Source: the human T2T-CHM13v2.0 reference genome, Homo sapiens. Taken from it: 64,000 nucleotides of DNA. How positions within the stretch are numbered: the first letter of the stretch is position 1; each line of letters begins with the position of its first letter. The DNA lies in the NCBI RefSeq assembly GCF_009914755.1, contig NC_060947.1; one strand, 5' to 3'. A program made the translations under genes and the position numbers. This document shows, one piece after another, positions 24,221 through 42,495 of the stretch. The notes beneath the pieces are model-generated. The model did not search any database. It saw only the letters and a list, made by a program, of their open reading frames with translations, and was not told where the DNA came from.

Positions 24221-24594
24221 ACAGACACAGGCATTACAGTTTATAGACTTGGAATTAAGTTCTACTTCATGTTATGTCGTGCCACAGGAAACCAGAATTC
24301 ATCATCTCTGAGAATCTCTTTAGGATTTGAGGGCCACTAATACACAGAGGACAATTAAAGTCAATACAACTTGTGATTTTACTTAGAAAACATTTTGAAA
24401 TTTATACAAGAAAAAAAATATGACAGCTTCTCTTAAAAAGGAGCCATTCAGATTAAAAATAAAACCACTGTAGCAAATGATCCAGAAAATGAGGTTTCAG
24501 CAAAATGAAAACTAAGAAATTATTCTTCCATAAATGACTATTTAGAAGTTAAATTTCATAATTCAAAATCCAGAAGATAGTGTTAATTTTACTA

Positions 24595-24765
<171 letters not shown>

Positions 24766-25774
24766 CTAAAAATGGTACATTAAAATTTCATAAAATAGCT
24801 AATACCAACTACTTGTTCATATAAAAAGGAAACACTATTCTCAATTGATAAAACTATAAATAAGAAGTCTAACTTATTCGTGACCATTTGCCTTCTAAGT
24901 AAATTTCAGTTATTTTCTTATAATTTGACAGAATGAAGTACCTGAATTCTGTACCCCTTTTAAAATCAAGTCGCAGCTCAAAGTTTCACATCTTCTGTCT
25001 GACAGAGTCCCTAAAGTAATGTAATACCACAACAGTGATGTTTTCCGTTGAATTTATTAGTTTACCCAAGAAAATATATAGCAGTTCCATTAAAAACATT
25101 ACAAATTTCCCCATTAAAGGCTAAACTCCAAATTAAATAAAGCATTGCAATATGGATCCAATTTGGGAAAGGTGAACTACTGAATAACACAAAGGGATAA
25201 ATTTAAATCATCTAAATGAAAAATTTCAAGTAGAAAAATTATTAGTAACTTGACATCTCACTTTTTCTAGGAGCTTATTTAAGTCACAAGCTAGTTACTA
25301 ATTTATTGCAAAAGAAAAAGTACTATGTGCATAGTCAACCCTCCATTATGAAAAAGGCTCAAGTATCTCAAACAGTCACCTTGTATGAGTGGAAGATGAT
25401 TAATGAAGACATTTATAAAATAACCCTAACACAAAGAAAACTTTAGGCAACAAATTACTCAGTAGTTTCTGCTAGTCACTATGATAAGCTATAAAAGGAG
25501 TGTTCCTGACCCCTAGAAATGCATAATCTATTCCATTAACTAGGTTTAATGTAAACAGTAAATGAAAATAATAATGAACTATTAAACATTATAGATTTCA
25601 TTCCATTTATCAAAAAAAAAAAAAGGAGGGAGGGAGAGAGAAAAGTCACTATGGACTGGTGCAAGGAAGTAAGCAAGACTTTTTCTCATTCTGTATGTTC
25701 TCCCCTGGCAATCAAACACATTTGTATTGCTGTACTTATACACCTGGCACAGGTCCTCTTGTTTTATTTTTTAC

Positions 25775-26067
<293 letters not shown>

Positions 26068-26774
26068 TAGGTCCTTATCTTTTACCCAGACAATTACAAC
26101 TCCCTCTAATGGCCAAACTGTTTCTTCTTATAGTTCTCTCAACTTTTATTTCTGTGTATTTTGAGAATATGTCATTAGATACATGTAAAGTTAGAACTGT
26201 TTTATCTTCCTAGTGAGCACAATCTTGTTATTATGAAGTAGCCCGCTTTATCTCCTTCTGCCAAAAAGTCTATTTTGTCCAACAGTAAGTTTGCTGATCT
26301 ATTTTCTCATCCTTTTACTATCAACATTTCATTATCCTTAAGTTTAAGCTGTTTCTCATATAAATAATAAACTCATTTTTAATTCCACTTGACAATCTTT
26401 GTCATATTAACAGGACCACTCAGTCTGCTTACATTTACTGCTAAATGCAATCATAATGAGTAATAAATCTATCATCAATTTGTACTTTCCACATATGCCG
26501 GTCTATACTTCCCTCTAAAGTCATACCTGTGTTTTTAAATTTTCCCTTTTCTGTCCACTTTTCCATATTCTCAGTTTCTACATCACATCTCTCCTTTAAA
26601 TACTAATATGGCTCTCCACTCCCAAGAGAAAAATCCAGATTCCTTACTATGTCACTTAAGCCGTTAACAGTTTAGCTTTCTCTATTCCATCCTCATTCCC
26701 CCTATATACCACCCTAGGCTCCAACCACTCTGAGCTTCCTGACAGTCCCATAAGGGGATAAAAAAGCCCTTTCA

Positions 26775-27086
<312 letters not shown>

Positions 27087-27858
27087 CTCCTGCCTTTATA
27101 CTCAGTTAATTCTACCTACAAAGTTTTCTACCATTTCAGCCTAGATGGTCCTACTTGTCTATCAAGATCCCAGTTCAACATCACTAGTTTGGGAAAGTCT
27201 TCCAAAATCCCCCAAGACAGATATGGTCACTATCTATTCTGAGCTTTGTGAATATCTCCAATAGAGTACCTATTAAATAATGCAAAATTTTTTTCTCCCT
27301 TCCTAGAGTATGACTGCTTCCAAGGTAAAGACCAAGTTTTACTCAACTCTGTAGCCACAGTATACAAAAATAGGCAATGATGTTAATAAAGTGATCTCAA
27401 AGGCAGTGAAGATGATATCACCTTTGGACATACTTGTTTTAAATTAATAGATATCCTAATACAAAACCTAATAGAAGAGGAATTTATATACTATTAGCCT
27501 AGATTCTGAAACTGATGACTAAATTTTTGTTAAACTAGAGGTCATCTGCCACAATCATGAACTCTTCTACATCCTGGGTCCAGCAATAAAAGCATAATAG
27601 TCATTTAGTGCACACGAATAACACAAGAAAAATATTTTTTAAATATACTAAATATAAAAATACACTAATGAAGTTCCCCATTCATCCTGAATGCCTAAAA
27701 TTAACATTTTAGAGAGAAAGAAGCAGTATATAGGTAACTTTATATTTCCCATCATTTGTAGATAATAAAAAGGCTTAAAAAACCACATTGGTTAGAACTT
27801 GGCCTCTCTCCCCATGAGCTATGCCTTGATGACAGTTAAGAACTTGAACTTCATATCC

Positions 27859-27910
27859 AAACTTAAACTCCATAAAGGTGACCAAAACTTAAACTCCATA
27901 AAGGTGACCA
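27859..27910. repeat. Perfect 26-bp tandem duplication
   Basis: AAACTTAAACTCCATAAAGGTGACCA x2. Confidence 0.95.
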
Positions 27911-28101
27911 AAAAGGTATTTAATTTTCATAGACTGCCAAATAACTAAATTTATTCACTTTATAAAGTAAACACAAATCAACAATGTATTGGGGCTTCAA
28001 AGAGTGAGACTTGAGAACCTAGAACCAACCCAATCCTGGGGGTGCTATGTGGCTACCTACTCCTCTTCCCTACCCTTGGGACAGACAATCAAGTATTCTT
28101 A

Positions 28102-28212
<111 letters not shown>

Positions 28213-28599
28213 CTAGAAATATAAAAAAAAAAGTTTCCATTTAGTGCAGAAAGGACAATTAAAGCAATATCCTTCACCTACCAATAACTAAGAACAATTA
28301 GATCAAATACTCTAGGCCAAGAAAATGCTTCACTGCTCTTCCTTATCTTACCAAATATCTGAATTCAGTACAAGGATTATTATGCCAACATCCCTTTTCA
28401 CATTGGAACATCTTCTGAAGAACACAAGGAAAGCAATTTCAAAAACGGACACAATTTACAATGCAGGTTAACATTTAAATAAAATCTCACAGCTGAATAG
28501 CATAAGTGAGATTTTATAATGCACAAGATTTAGTCTGCAGTTCTGTTTATATGTGTGTTTTCTTTTCTGTTTTTTTGTGTGTTTTTTGGTTTTGGAGGG

Positions 28600-29005
<406 letters not shown>

Positions 29006-29507
29006 TAATTTTATTTCTTGGGTTTTATGCTAAGTATATCTGGCTGTCAGCTGATGTTCTCCACAAAACAGGTGTACATAAATATTACAGATGAATAAAT
29101 CGATGTTTTAAAGTACAGAATGGCAAAGTCAATTCCAGGCCAGCCATGAGGACCCTACATAGAAACATAAGAATCTTTGAATGCTATCAATTTTCAAAGC
29201 TAATTTTAACACTGCTGAGGTCAGATGAATGGAACAGTGAAGTGAGAATAACTGGCAATAACTAACTGGCCAAATGTAAATAAAAAGCAAACAGTAACAA
29301 TACACTATGTTCTTTTTATAGTCAATACTGAAAATGAGACCTTTGTATGTGAGGTTCCTCCCACAATTATGATATTATGCAAATAAAATACAAAGCTAAC
29401 CAAACTAATGTGCATCATTTATAGAAGGCATTGTTTCACTCTATTTTTTAAAAACAGATGAGATGTCTTCAATGTAACAATAGTTTCCTAATTCTAATTT
29501 GCTTACA

Positions 29508-29795
29508 GGCCAGGCACAGTGGCTCACGCCTGTAATCCCAACACTTTGCAAGGCCAAGGTGGTCAGATCACCTGAGGTCAGGAGTTCGAGACCAGCCCGG
29601 ACAACACAATGAAACCCCGTCTCTCCTAAAAATACAAAAATTAGCCAGGCGTGGTGGCAGGCACCTGTAATACCAGCTACCTGGGAGGCTGAAGCAGGAG
29701 AATCACTTCAGCCCGGGAGGCGGAGGTTGCAGTGAGCCAAGATCACGCCACTGCACTCCAGCCTGGGCGACAAAGAGAGACTCCATCTCAAAATA
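29508..29795 (+). mobile_element. Alu
   Basis: GGCCAGGCACAGTGG...CATCTCAAAA. Confidence 0.94.
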
Positions 29796-30384
29796 ATTTT
29801 AAAAACATGTAAAAATAAATGCTTATAAATGGTTACTTAGTAGCAAAACATTTTCCCATAAAAATGAATTGTGGCCAGGGTTTCAAAACAAACTCACAAA
29901 AGCTTATTTAACTTATTGACAACCTGTCCTCCACTACCTGACTTGAATGCACCAGGGCCACATTCATTACTCCCTTCATTCTTGTTTAAATACATCACCA
30001 CAATATGCCCCACACTCTCATCCACATACTGTTATGCACAATCCCTGTTCTGTCCCATCATACCTTTCCACATCCTTGAAATACTTCCACGGAATCATAT
30101 GGAATTCATGATCCATTCTCAGCAAAATTCCCTATATCCAAATTTCTCATTTAAAGGTTCTTTTCACCGTGGTGCTCACACAGAGCCTGGTTCACCCTGA
30201 GAACAGCCCTGCCATTGTAACGCAGTTAACTGGTAGCTGTTTTCCTCAGACGCCTCACACTACCAGGCCTGGAGGTGATGTGGCAGTTTTCTTTTTGCTT
30301 GTTATTGTTGCTTCCAGACTATTCTCCCTCTATCCACCCAGCTTTGAATTTCATATCACTCACTACTCCCTCACTATTGTTGCA

Positions 30385-33030
30385 ATCTAGTTTCATTCTG
30401 TTGTGGTCAGAGATGATATTTTGCATGATTTCAACTGAGACTTGTTTTGTGGCCTAATATATGGTCTATTCTAAAGAATGTTCCATGTGCTTTGAGAAGA
30501 ATGTAGATTCTGTTGTTGTGTGTAATGTTCTATATATATAACGTTGTTCAAGTGTTCTATTTTCTTACTCATCTTTTGTCAAGTAATGGTTAGTTGTTCT
30601 AACCATTAATGAAAGTAGGGTATGGAAATGTCCAATAATTACACAACTATGTTTCCTTCAAGTCTGCCAATGTTTGCTTCAAATACTCTGGGGCTCTGTT
30701 GTTTGGTACAGGTATGTTTATAACTGTTATATCTTCTCAATGGGTTATCCATTTTATATTATATAATGTTTTTCATTGTCTCTTGTAACAACTTATTGTC
30801 TTAAAGTCTACTTTGATATTAGCATAGCCACCCCAGGTCTCTCCAGCATAATGCTTGCACAGAATATGTTTCCATACTTTCAGTTTCAAGCTATTTGTAT
30901 CTCTAAATCCAAAGTGAGTTCCTTATACACAGTATGTAACTGGATCATGATTTTTTATACATTCTGCCAAACTCTTGCCTTTTAATTGGTGGGTTTAATC
31001 CATTTACATTCAAAATAATTATAGATAAGGATGAACTTCTATCATTTTGCTACCTGTTTTCTGTCATATTTTTGTTCCTCATTTCCTCTATCACTGCCTT
31101 TTTTGTTTGATTTTGTGTGTGTGCACCATTTTGATCCCCTTCTTTTTTCTGTTTAGTTTTTAATTATTTTCTTAGTGGTTCCTTTGGGTATAATAATTAA
31201 CATTTTAAACTTAAAACAACCTAGTTTGAATTAATACCAACTTCACTTCAATAGTGTACAAAACCTCTGCACCTATACATCCCTGCCCCTCCCCACCTAT
31301 TGTTAGTCACAAATTACATTTTTATAGTGTGCCATTTGACAGATTTATAACCTGGGTGATGGGATGAATTGTACCCCAAACCTCAGCATCACACAATATA
31401 CCCAGGTAACAAACCTGCACATGTACCCCGAGTCTAAAATAAAAGTTGAAATTATCTTTTTAAAGATTCATAATTATTATGTATTTGTCTTTTAAGTCAT
31501 ATAGGAAAAAAAGAGGACTTACAAACCACAAATGTAATAGTACTGGCTTTTATATTTTACCTAGAGTTACTTTAACCAGTGTTCTTTCTTTGGCTTGGCT
31601 TCTTCTACCTGCTCAATTCTACTGTTGAACCTCTACAGTGAATTTCTTATTTCAGTTATTGTACTTTTCAACTCCAGAATTTGTTTGGTTCCTTTTCATA
31701 ATTTTTATCTCTTTATGGATGTTCTCTATTTATTTGGTGAGACAGCACACTCCTGGTTTCCTTTAGCTCATAAAGCATTTTAGGACTATTGATTTCAATT
31801 CCTTATCTAGGCTGGGCACAGTGACTCACACCTGTAATCCCAGCACTCTGGGAGGCCGAGGCAGGCAGATCAACTGAGGTCAGGAGTTTGAAACCAGCCT
31901 GGCCAACATGGTGAAACCCTGTCTTTACTATAAAGACAAAAATTAGTCAGGCATGGTGGTGCGCACCTGTAGTCCCAGCTGTACTTAGGAGGTTGAGGCA
32001 GGAGAATCACTTGAAACCTGGAGACAGAGGTTGCAGTGAGCCGAGATTGTGCCACTGCACTTCAGCCTGGGTGACAGAGGGAGACTCTGCCTCAAAAAAA
32101 AACAAAAAAAAAAACTGGACATATTTAATATTATGTAGCAACTATGGAGATTAGATTCTTCTCCACCCCCAAATACCCAGAGGTTGGTTGATGCTGCTTA
32201 TTGTGGATTTATTGTTGTGTGTGTGTGTTTAGTGACTTTTATAAACTTTTTTTGTAAAGTTTGTATTCTTCATCACGTGTGGCCACTTGAATCTATGTTC
32301 TGTTAGCTTAGTGACCAATTAGTATATTGACAGTTTTTTTAAAGGCCTGGATAAATGGGAAAAGAGAGTGCATTAGAACACTCCTCAAAGTTTGGCCAGA
32401 CCATTCACAGCTCTGCCTCAGTCTTCACTTCCTGCCTACTCAGACCCAGAAGAGAAAGCTTAGGGTCTCTGTTGGCCTTTTCTGGGCATGTGCCCAGCTC
32501 TGAGCATAAGCATGACCTTCTTATGGTATATATGACAACTTTGTAAAAAGCTCTTTTTCCCCATGTATCTCTTTTTCTAATGTCTTCCTTCTCAGGCTTT
32601 TCGGTCTCACTACTGCTTGTCTCAGCTGTTGTCCCTTGCTCCAGGCCATTACAGACAATAATTGTGCCTTTAAGTGCTTTTGGCAAAAGCCATACCAGCC
32701 CTGAGAATACTCCCAGTCAAAAGATACAAAAGTAGGCCCCTATGTGGGTCCTTCAGGGAGCAGGTAGCCAGATTAAAACCCAAAAACACAATTCTTTGCT
32801 CCCTCTAGCATTAGCAACCTGCACCAGGAGTGTGGGCTTCTATCACCATGGCCACCACTGATCTGGGTGTGGGGGCTAGTAGACAGGCAATTTAAAATGC
32901 CACAGCACTCTCAATTAACTTTGTAGAGCTCTAGAATATAGTAAAAAAAACTTACACCAACCAGGGAAAGGACTGGGGAAGAATAAGACAGCAGCAAAGT
33001 TGACTGATAGTTTTTTCCACTTCGTTATGT
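30385..33030 (-). mobile_element. Old L1M fragments (minus), with a nested short plus-strand L1 3' end (31351-31463, TSD AGATT(T/C)ATAA) and an Alu (31810-32113)
   Basis: TTCTGTTGTGGTCAGAG...GTTTTGTGGCCTAATATATGGTCTAT; nested AACAAACCTGCACATGTACCCC...TAAAATAAAAGTTG. Confidence 0.75.
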
Positions 33031-33423
33031 TGTTTTTGTGGCGAGACAGAGCTCTGGAGTTCCCTACTATGCCACTTTCAGTGATGTCCTATTGATGCCA
33101 TTTATGGATCCTTGAGTCTACTGCCCTTCATTTTGCAACAATATTAGCCTCTGTCACTCTCTCTGACTACAATTCTTAACTTTTGGAGATTTTCATATAC
33201 ATGTAGGTGAGCCTTCTACCATGTAGCCTCTTGGTTCTCCTGAACCCTTTCTCTTCCAAAGATCTTCTATACCCTATCTTAACCACTTACTCCATATCCT
33301 AAATCTTATTATTACCACTAATGACAATCCTTCCATAATGCCAATTTCATGTATCTGTCCTCAAATGGGCCCTTAATGCTGCTGGACAATCATGTTCCAT
33401 TTGTCTTAGCCATTCACTCAACT

Positions 33424-35223
<1,800 letters not shown>

Positions 35224-36098
35224 TACTTCCCTACCTTCTCTCCTAACCTCCAATACCTCCCTCTCTCATCCTCTCAGCTGATGTCCTTGCTTTCTACTTC
35301 AGTAAGAAAATTAGATCAATTAGACTTCTACAAACTCCCAATCACACCTACCCAACTATATCTACATATATTGCCTTTATACCTGTTATGATAAACTCTC
35401 TATCCTCCTATATCAAGTTAATCCACCCATTTAAGCACCAAACTCCATTTTCTCTATCCTCAAGAACACCGCTCCAAATAATTCTCACCTCTCTCCCCTG
35501 TAACACCAGCTCTCCACTTTCCACTCAGTCATACCCATCAGAATACAAATGCGTTCTCTCTCCCATCTTAAAAAAATCTCGAACCCACTTCCCTTGCCAT
35601 CTACCATCCCATTTGGTCTGCACCCCTTTGTAGCAACTGCTTGATAAAGTTGTCAATTGTCACTGTCTCCAATTCTACTCTTTCCATTATCTCTTAATAT
35701 CACCCAATTCCACCAAAACTGCTAGTTTTGACCTCCCTCCAATGGTTAATTTTCAGTCCTTAAATGACCTATCAGAGGCATTTGATGGTTAATCATTCCT
35801 TCCTCTATTTAGCTTCCAAAATGCCACATTCTCTCTTTTCCTCCTACTTTACATGTTGTTCCTCATCTACCTTATTTGCTGGTTCCTCGTCTTCTCCTAG
35901 ACCCTTAACACTGGAGTGCCCCAAGCCTTAGTCCTTGGTTCTCTTCTCTTGCCTCTCTGTATACAACCCTTAGTGATTTCATCCAATGTCATGTATTTAT
36001 ATAGCATCTACATGCTTTTGATGCCCACACTTCTATTTCTGGCCTGGTCTATTCTCTTGAACACCAGGTCCGTATATCCAATTATTTACTCAGATCCA

Positions 36099-37083
36099 TG
36101 TGGGGAAAAGAAAGAGAGATCAGATTGTTACTGCGTCTGTGTAGAAAGAAGTAGACATAGGAGACTCCATTTTGTTCTGTACTAAGAAAAATTCTTCTGC
36201 CTTGAGATGCTGTTAATCTGTAACCCTACCCCCAACCCTGTGCTCCCTGAAACATGTGCTGTGTCAACTCAGGGTTAAATGGATTAAGGGCTGTGCAAGG
36301 TGTGCTTTGTTAAACAAATGCTTGAAGGCAGCATGCTTGTTAAGAGTCATCACCACTCCCTAATCTCAAGTACCCAGGGACACAAACCACTGCACACAAA
36401 ACACTGCGGAAGGCTGCAGGGACCCCTGCCTAGGAAAGCCAGGTATTGTCCAAGGTTTCTCTCCACGTGATAGCCTGAGATATGGCCTCGTGGGAAGGGA
36501 AAGACCTGACCGTCCCCCAGTCCGACACCCGTAAAGGGTCTGTGCTGAAGAGCATTAGTAAAAGAGGAAGGAACGCCTCGTTGCAGTTGAGACAAGAGGA
36601 AGGCATCTGTCTCCTGCTCCTCCCTGGGCAATGGAATGTCTCGGTGTAAAACCCGATCATATATTCCATCTACTGAGATAGGGGAAAACCGCCTTAGGGC
36701 TGGAGGTGGGACATGCGGGTGGCAATACTGCTCTTTAAGGCATTGAGATGTTTATGTGTATACATATCCAAAGCACAATACTTAATTCTTTACCTTGTTT
36801 ATGATGCAGAGACCTTTGTTCACGTGTTTACCTGCTGACCTTCTCTCCACTATTATCCTATGATCCCGCCACATCCCCCTCTCCGAGAAACACCCAATAA
36901 TGATCAATAAATACTAAGGGAACTCAGAGGCCGGCATGGATCCTCCGTATGCTGAACGCCGGTCCCCTGGGCCCCCTTTTTTTCTTTCTCTATACTTTGT
37001 CTCTGTGTCTCTTCCTTTTCCAAGTCTCTCGTTCCACCTAACGAAAAACACCCACAGGTGCGGAGGGGCAACCCACCCCTTCA
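36099..37083 (+). mobile_element. HERV-K(HML-2) solo LTR (LTR5, probably LTR5B), 985 bp
   Basis: TGTGGGGAAAAGAAAGAGAGATCAGATTG...GGCAACCCACCCCTTCA; TG...CA ends; perfect 6-bp TSD GATCCA (36093-36098, 37084-37089). Confidence 0.96.
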
Positions 37084-38282
37084 GATCCATATGTCGATTA
37101 TCTACACTTGGATGTCTAAGAGACATCTCAAACTTAACATGCGCAAAGTGAATTCCTAATTCTCCCTCCCAACACTCCAAACCCAATCTACCTGAAATTT
37201 TCCCTAAGTTGGTGACAACACTATCTTTTTAACTGCTCAGTCCAAAAAACTTCAGAATAGTCCTTAACTCTACTTTCTCACATCCTGTATCCAATCCATC
37301 AGCAAACACTATTGGTTTACCTTCAAATACATTCAGAATCTCATCAATATCCACTGCTGCCACACACAATCAGACTGATCCATTGAAAATCTAAGTAACC
37401 ACACACACACATGCATTCTCTCTCTCTCTCTCTCTCTCACCACAGACACACATGTACACACCCAACTCACGTCACCATTGGAGGCTGCTATTAAAGAAAC
37501 TCCTTACTCTGATAGCTCGTAATTAGTGGGAAAATATTAATCATTTGTCCTGCCTTTCCAGTAGGAACCGTATTTCAAGGAAAGCAAACAGCCTGAGTTA
37601 GTAAGGGACAACTCTTCTTTATTAGAAGAATGACAGCTAATAAATATATAGGGCATGATAAAATTAGTAAATCATCAATTTGGAACCCCTAAAGGGAAAG
37701 GTGGCTCAAGCAAAGGTCATCCATGGATTCTAAACCATTTAATGTAAAGTTGATGAGAAACTGGATATTCCCAGGCTGCCAAAGTATCAACCTGCAGATA
37801 ATTTGTTATTGAAGGGAAAGGTGGTGGGGGGGTGGGGGGATGCCATTGTATAACTGAGGAATCAGACTATCACAAACTTACTGAACCATTTAAAGACAGT
37901 CGAACATTAGATGTTACATAATCTATGAAGTATTTTTGCCATTAAATATTTTGCCTTTAGACCTAACTCCAAGTATAGAACAAATACAGGAAATAAAGAA
38001 CAAATAAGATGAAAAAGCAATTAGATAAATCCAAAAGATGAGGTCTTCTAGGAATGGTCTCATCAATAAGTCAACGCCATTAAAAAATGGAGAAGGTGGG
38101 GAACTATTCTAAATTAAAAGAGACGAAGAATCTTGACAATCAAATACAACATGTGGTCTTTGATTAGATCATCATGTGAACATACCAGGTGTAAAATGCA
38201 TTTTGGGGACAATTTGGAAAATATGAATACAGTCTAGGTTTATTATATGACAGTAATCTAATTATGTTATGAAATTGATCCT

Positions 38283-38524
38283 GGAGGATCACCTGAGGTC
38301 GGGAATTCGGGACCAGCCTGACCAACATGGAGAAACCCCACCTCTACTAAAAATACAAAATTAGACAGGCGTGGTGGCAGCCACCTGTAATCCCAGCTAC
38401 TCAGGAGGCTGAGGCAGGAGAATCGCTTAAACCCAGGAGGCAGAGGTTGCGATGAGCCGAGATTGCGCCATGCGCTCCAGCCTGGGCAACAGGAGTGAAA
38501 CTCCATTCAAAAAAAGAAAAAAAA
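38283..38524 (+). mobile_element. 5'-truncated Alu within old L1M sequence
   Basis: begins at GGAGGATCACCTGAGGTC; A tail. Confidence 0.92.
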
Positions 38525-38734
38525 GGAAAATGCCCTTCCTTTTAAAAACCGTAAACTATAGTATTTAGGAAGAAGCTTTCATGATATTTGTAACATAAAT
38601 TAATATTTTTAATATGGCAACATGTTAATAAACTTAATTGTAAGTAATGGGGTTATAAGTATTCATTATACTATTCACTCTTTTCTACATTTGAAAATGT
38701 TCACAATAAAATGAGAGAGAAACAAAATGTAAAG

Positions 38735-39265
38735 CTAAGTTAGATCACATCACTACCCTACTCAAAACCCTCCACTGACTTCACTCAGTATCAAAATCAA
38801 AAACCTTGCACTGGCTCTGTGATCTCATCCCCCACATCTCTGACCTCATCTCCTACTGTTCTACTCAATCACTCTGATACATCCACACTGACCTCCTTAC
38901 TGTTCTTCAACACATCAGGCATGCTCACACCTTAGAGCCATTGCATTGACTGTTCCCTTGGCCTAGAGGCTCTTCCTCAGACATCTATACAGTTTACATC
39001 CTCATATCCTTCATGTCTTTGCTTAAATCTCAACTTTTCAATGAGTATTCTCACTATTCCAGTTAAAATTGCAACCTACCACTCCTGATCTTATCTTGCT
39101 CTGTATTTTTCCCCATCTCATTAATTGTTTTCTAACATATAATTTACTCAGAATCTAAACATCAAAAAAGTAAGAATTTCTGTTTACAGATATAGCCTCA
39201 GTACCTAGTACACTACCTTGCACAAATATAGATTCTCAATCTATATTTCTTAAATGAATGAATTT
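38735..39265 (-). mobile_element. L2 fragment
   Basis: CTCAAAACCCTCCACTGAC...AATGAATGAAT, typical L2 3' region; further L2 pieces at about 35250-37390 and 41380-42900; strand tentative. Confidence 0.65.
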
Positions 39266-39490
39266 GGGGTATGTATAATAGGGTTGAACCATGGTACTAC
39301 CATTACTACTATTACTGTGTTTTGAATCCAGAAATCAAAGGGCAATATGGATGAGACCTATCACCTCCTCTTCCTTTCCTGTAACAAGACAACTCCAGAC
39401 AAGTTTGTCTTCTGGTACCTTCACACTTTCTTGTACTCCCTTCCTGTCCTTTGTGCTGTCTCTCATGCTGTCCCCAAATCCTCTACTGTA

Positions 39491-39703
39491 CAAGTTGAGT
39501 ATCCCTCATCTAAAATGCCTGGGACCAGAAGTGTTTTAGATTTTGGAATTTTTTTTCAGATTTTGGAATATTTGCATACTGGTTGAGCATCCCAAATCTG
39601 AAAACCCAAAATCCAAAATGCTCCAATCATCTCCTTTGAACATCATTCAGTGCTCAAAAAGTTTTGGATTTCGGAGCTTTGTGGATTTGGGATGCTCAAC
39701 CTC
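39491..39703. mobile_element. Tigger4a/MER46-type DNA transposon
   Basis: TIRs CAAGTTGAGTATCCC...GGGATGCTCAACCT. Confidence 0.85.
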
Positions 39704-40051
39704 TCACTGTCGTTGATATCATAGAATAATACTAGCATTAAGGGGAAAAAAAAAGAAGCCTATTAATCCAAATAAGACCCAGCTGGTCAACATATGAGTT
39801 GGGGAAAAGGATTGTGAACATTTTCAGGTAGTGATGGGAAAGGGGTATGGGGGAATTAGGCCAGGGACCAATACACAGATTGACCATATATGCTTGGGAG
39901 CCAACTCTCAAGGTTACATCACCTAAGCAGTTCCTGATTTTCATAGCTTTCCTTACTTTACCTTCAAGGCCAAAACTTTTCAAAAATATCTGACATTTCT
40001 TCCCCTACCCTCAGTGGCCCTTAAAACTGCAGATTCTCACAATGACAAGAC

Positions 40052-41289
<1,238 letters not shown>

Positions 41290-41650
41290 TGAGCAAAGGC
41301 AGTAGGTACTATATCATTTAAGAATACTAAAAGGAATTATCTTATTATCCTGACCTCACACTCCAAGAGTATAGAAACAGACACTCCTCTACACCAGAGT
41401 AACCTCAGTGCCTAGCAAACAGCATAATCATAAACATTCAATGAATGCTTTCTGACTAGCTGACTATCCCAGGCAAGTAAACAAATTAGCAGAGCTATAC
41501 CAAAAGGTAAATGGAGGCCTTATTACATTAAAATCCTCCATGCTATCAAGAGAATTGTCTTCCTAAAACATAGATCACTCGTTTACAATTAGTGAGCATT
41601 TACTATAGGCTAGGCAATAAATTAATCCATAGGAATTAGTAAAACATAGA

Positions 41651-41754
41651 ACCTTCCCTATATGGTTTACAATCTGGCAAAGGAGATAGATACAGTTTAT
41701 TCACCTGCCCTATATGGTTTACAGTCTGGCAAAGGAGATAGATACAGTTTATTC
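41651..41754. repeat. 52-bp tandem duplication (2 mismatches)
   Basis: ACCT(T/G)CCCTATATGGTTTACA(A/G)TCTGGCAAAGGAGATAGATACAGTTTATTC x2. Confidence 0.95.
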
Positions 41755-42360
41755 TAAGATAATCTGATGGGTGTTAGAAGTTATGTGTCAAGTTTTATGA
41801 GAATACAGATTAAGAAGTGACTAATTCTGCATGGGTAAAGAGTCAGCTAAGCCTTTACAGAACAAGCAGCATTTGCTCTTAAAGAATAAATAGGAGTTCA
41901 CAAGATGAAGAAAGGAGAAGTGAGAGGGTTGGGTAAGAATGGTTTCTTAGTTATAAGGAACTACAGGAACAAAGGTTCATAGCAATATCTATATCTAAGT
42001 TCAAGAAATGGCTAGTCACTTAATATGACTAGAATATTAGATTTAAGAAAAAAATAACTATAAAGATAAGGCCGGAAAGAACAGTGCCAAATTGTGAAGT
42101 GCTATTTCTGCCACATTTAGAAGTTTGAATTTCATCCTAGAAGTAAAGGTTTTTGACCAGTGAAGTGCCTCAGTTAGGTCTCTTTAAGAAAGCAACAATA
42201 ACAATAATATGAAAGATGGATTGAAGTAGAAATAATCAGAGACACAGATTAGCTTGACCGCTATTTTAGTGGCTTAAGGGAATGATGTAAGATGTGCCTT
42301 GAATATTTATTCACATCCCTAAAAAATTCCAATAGCCATTGTTTATAAAACAAAATTCGT

Positions 42361-42495
42361 GATCCAAGCACAGTGGCACACGACTGTAGTCCCAGCTACT
42401 TGGGAGGCTGAGGTGGGAGGTTCACTTCGGACCAGGAGTCTGAGACTAGTCTGGGTGAGATCCCATCTCAAAATAAAAAATAAATAAATAAAAAT
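42361..42495 (+). mobile_element. FLAM/FAM Alu monomer
   Basis: single diverged Alu arm plus (AAAT)n tail. Confidence 0.82.
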
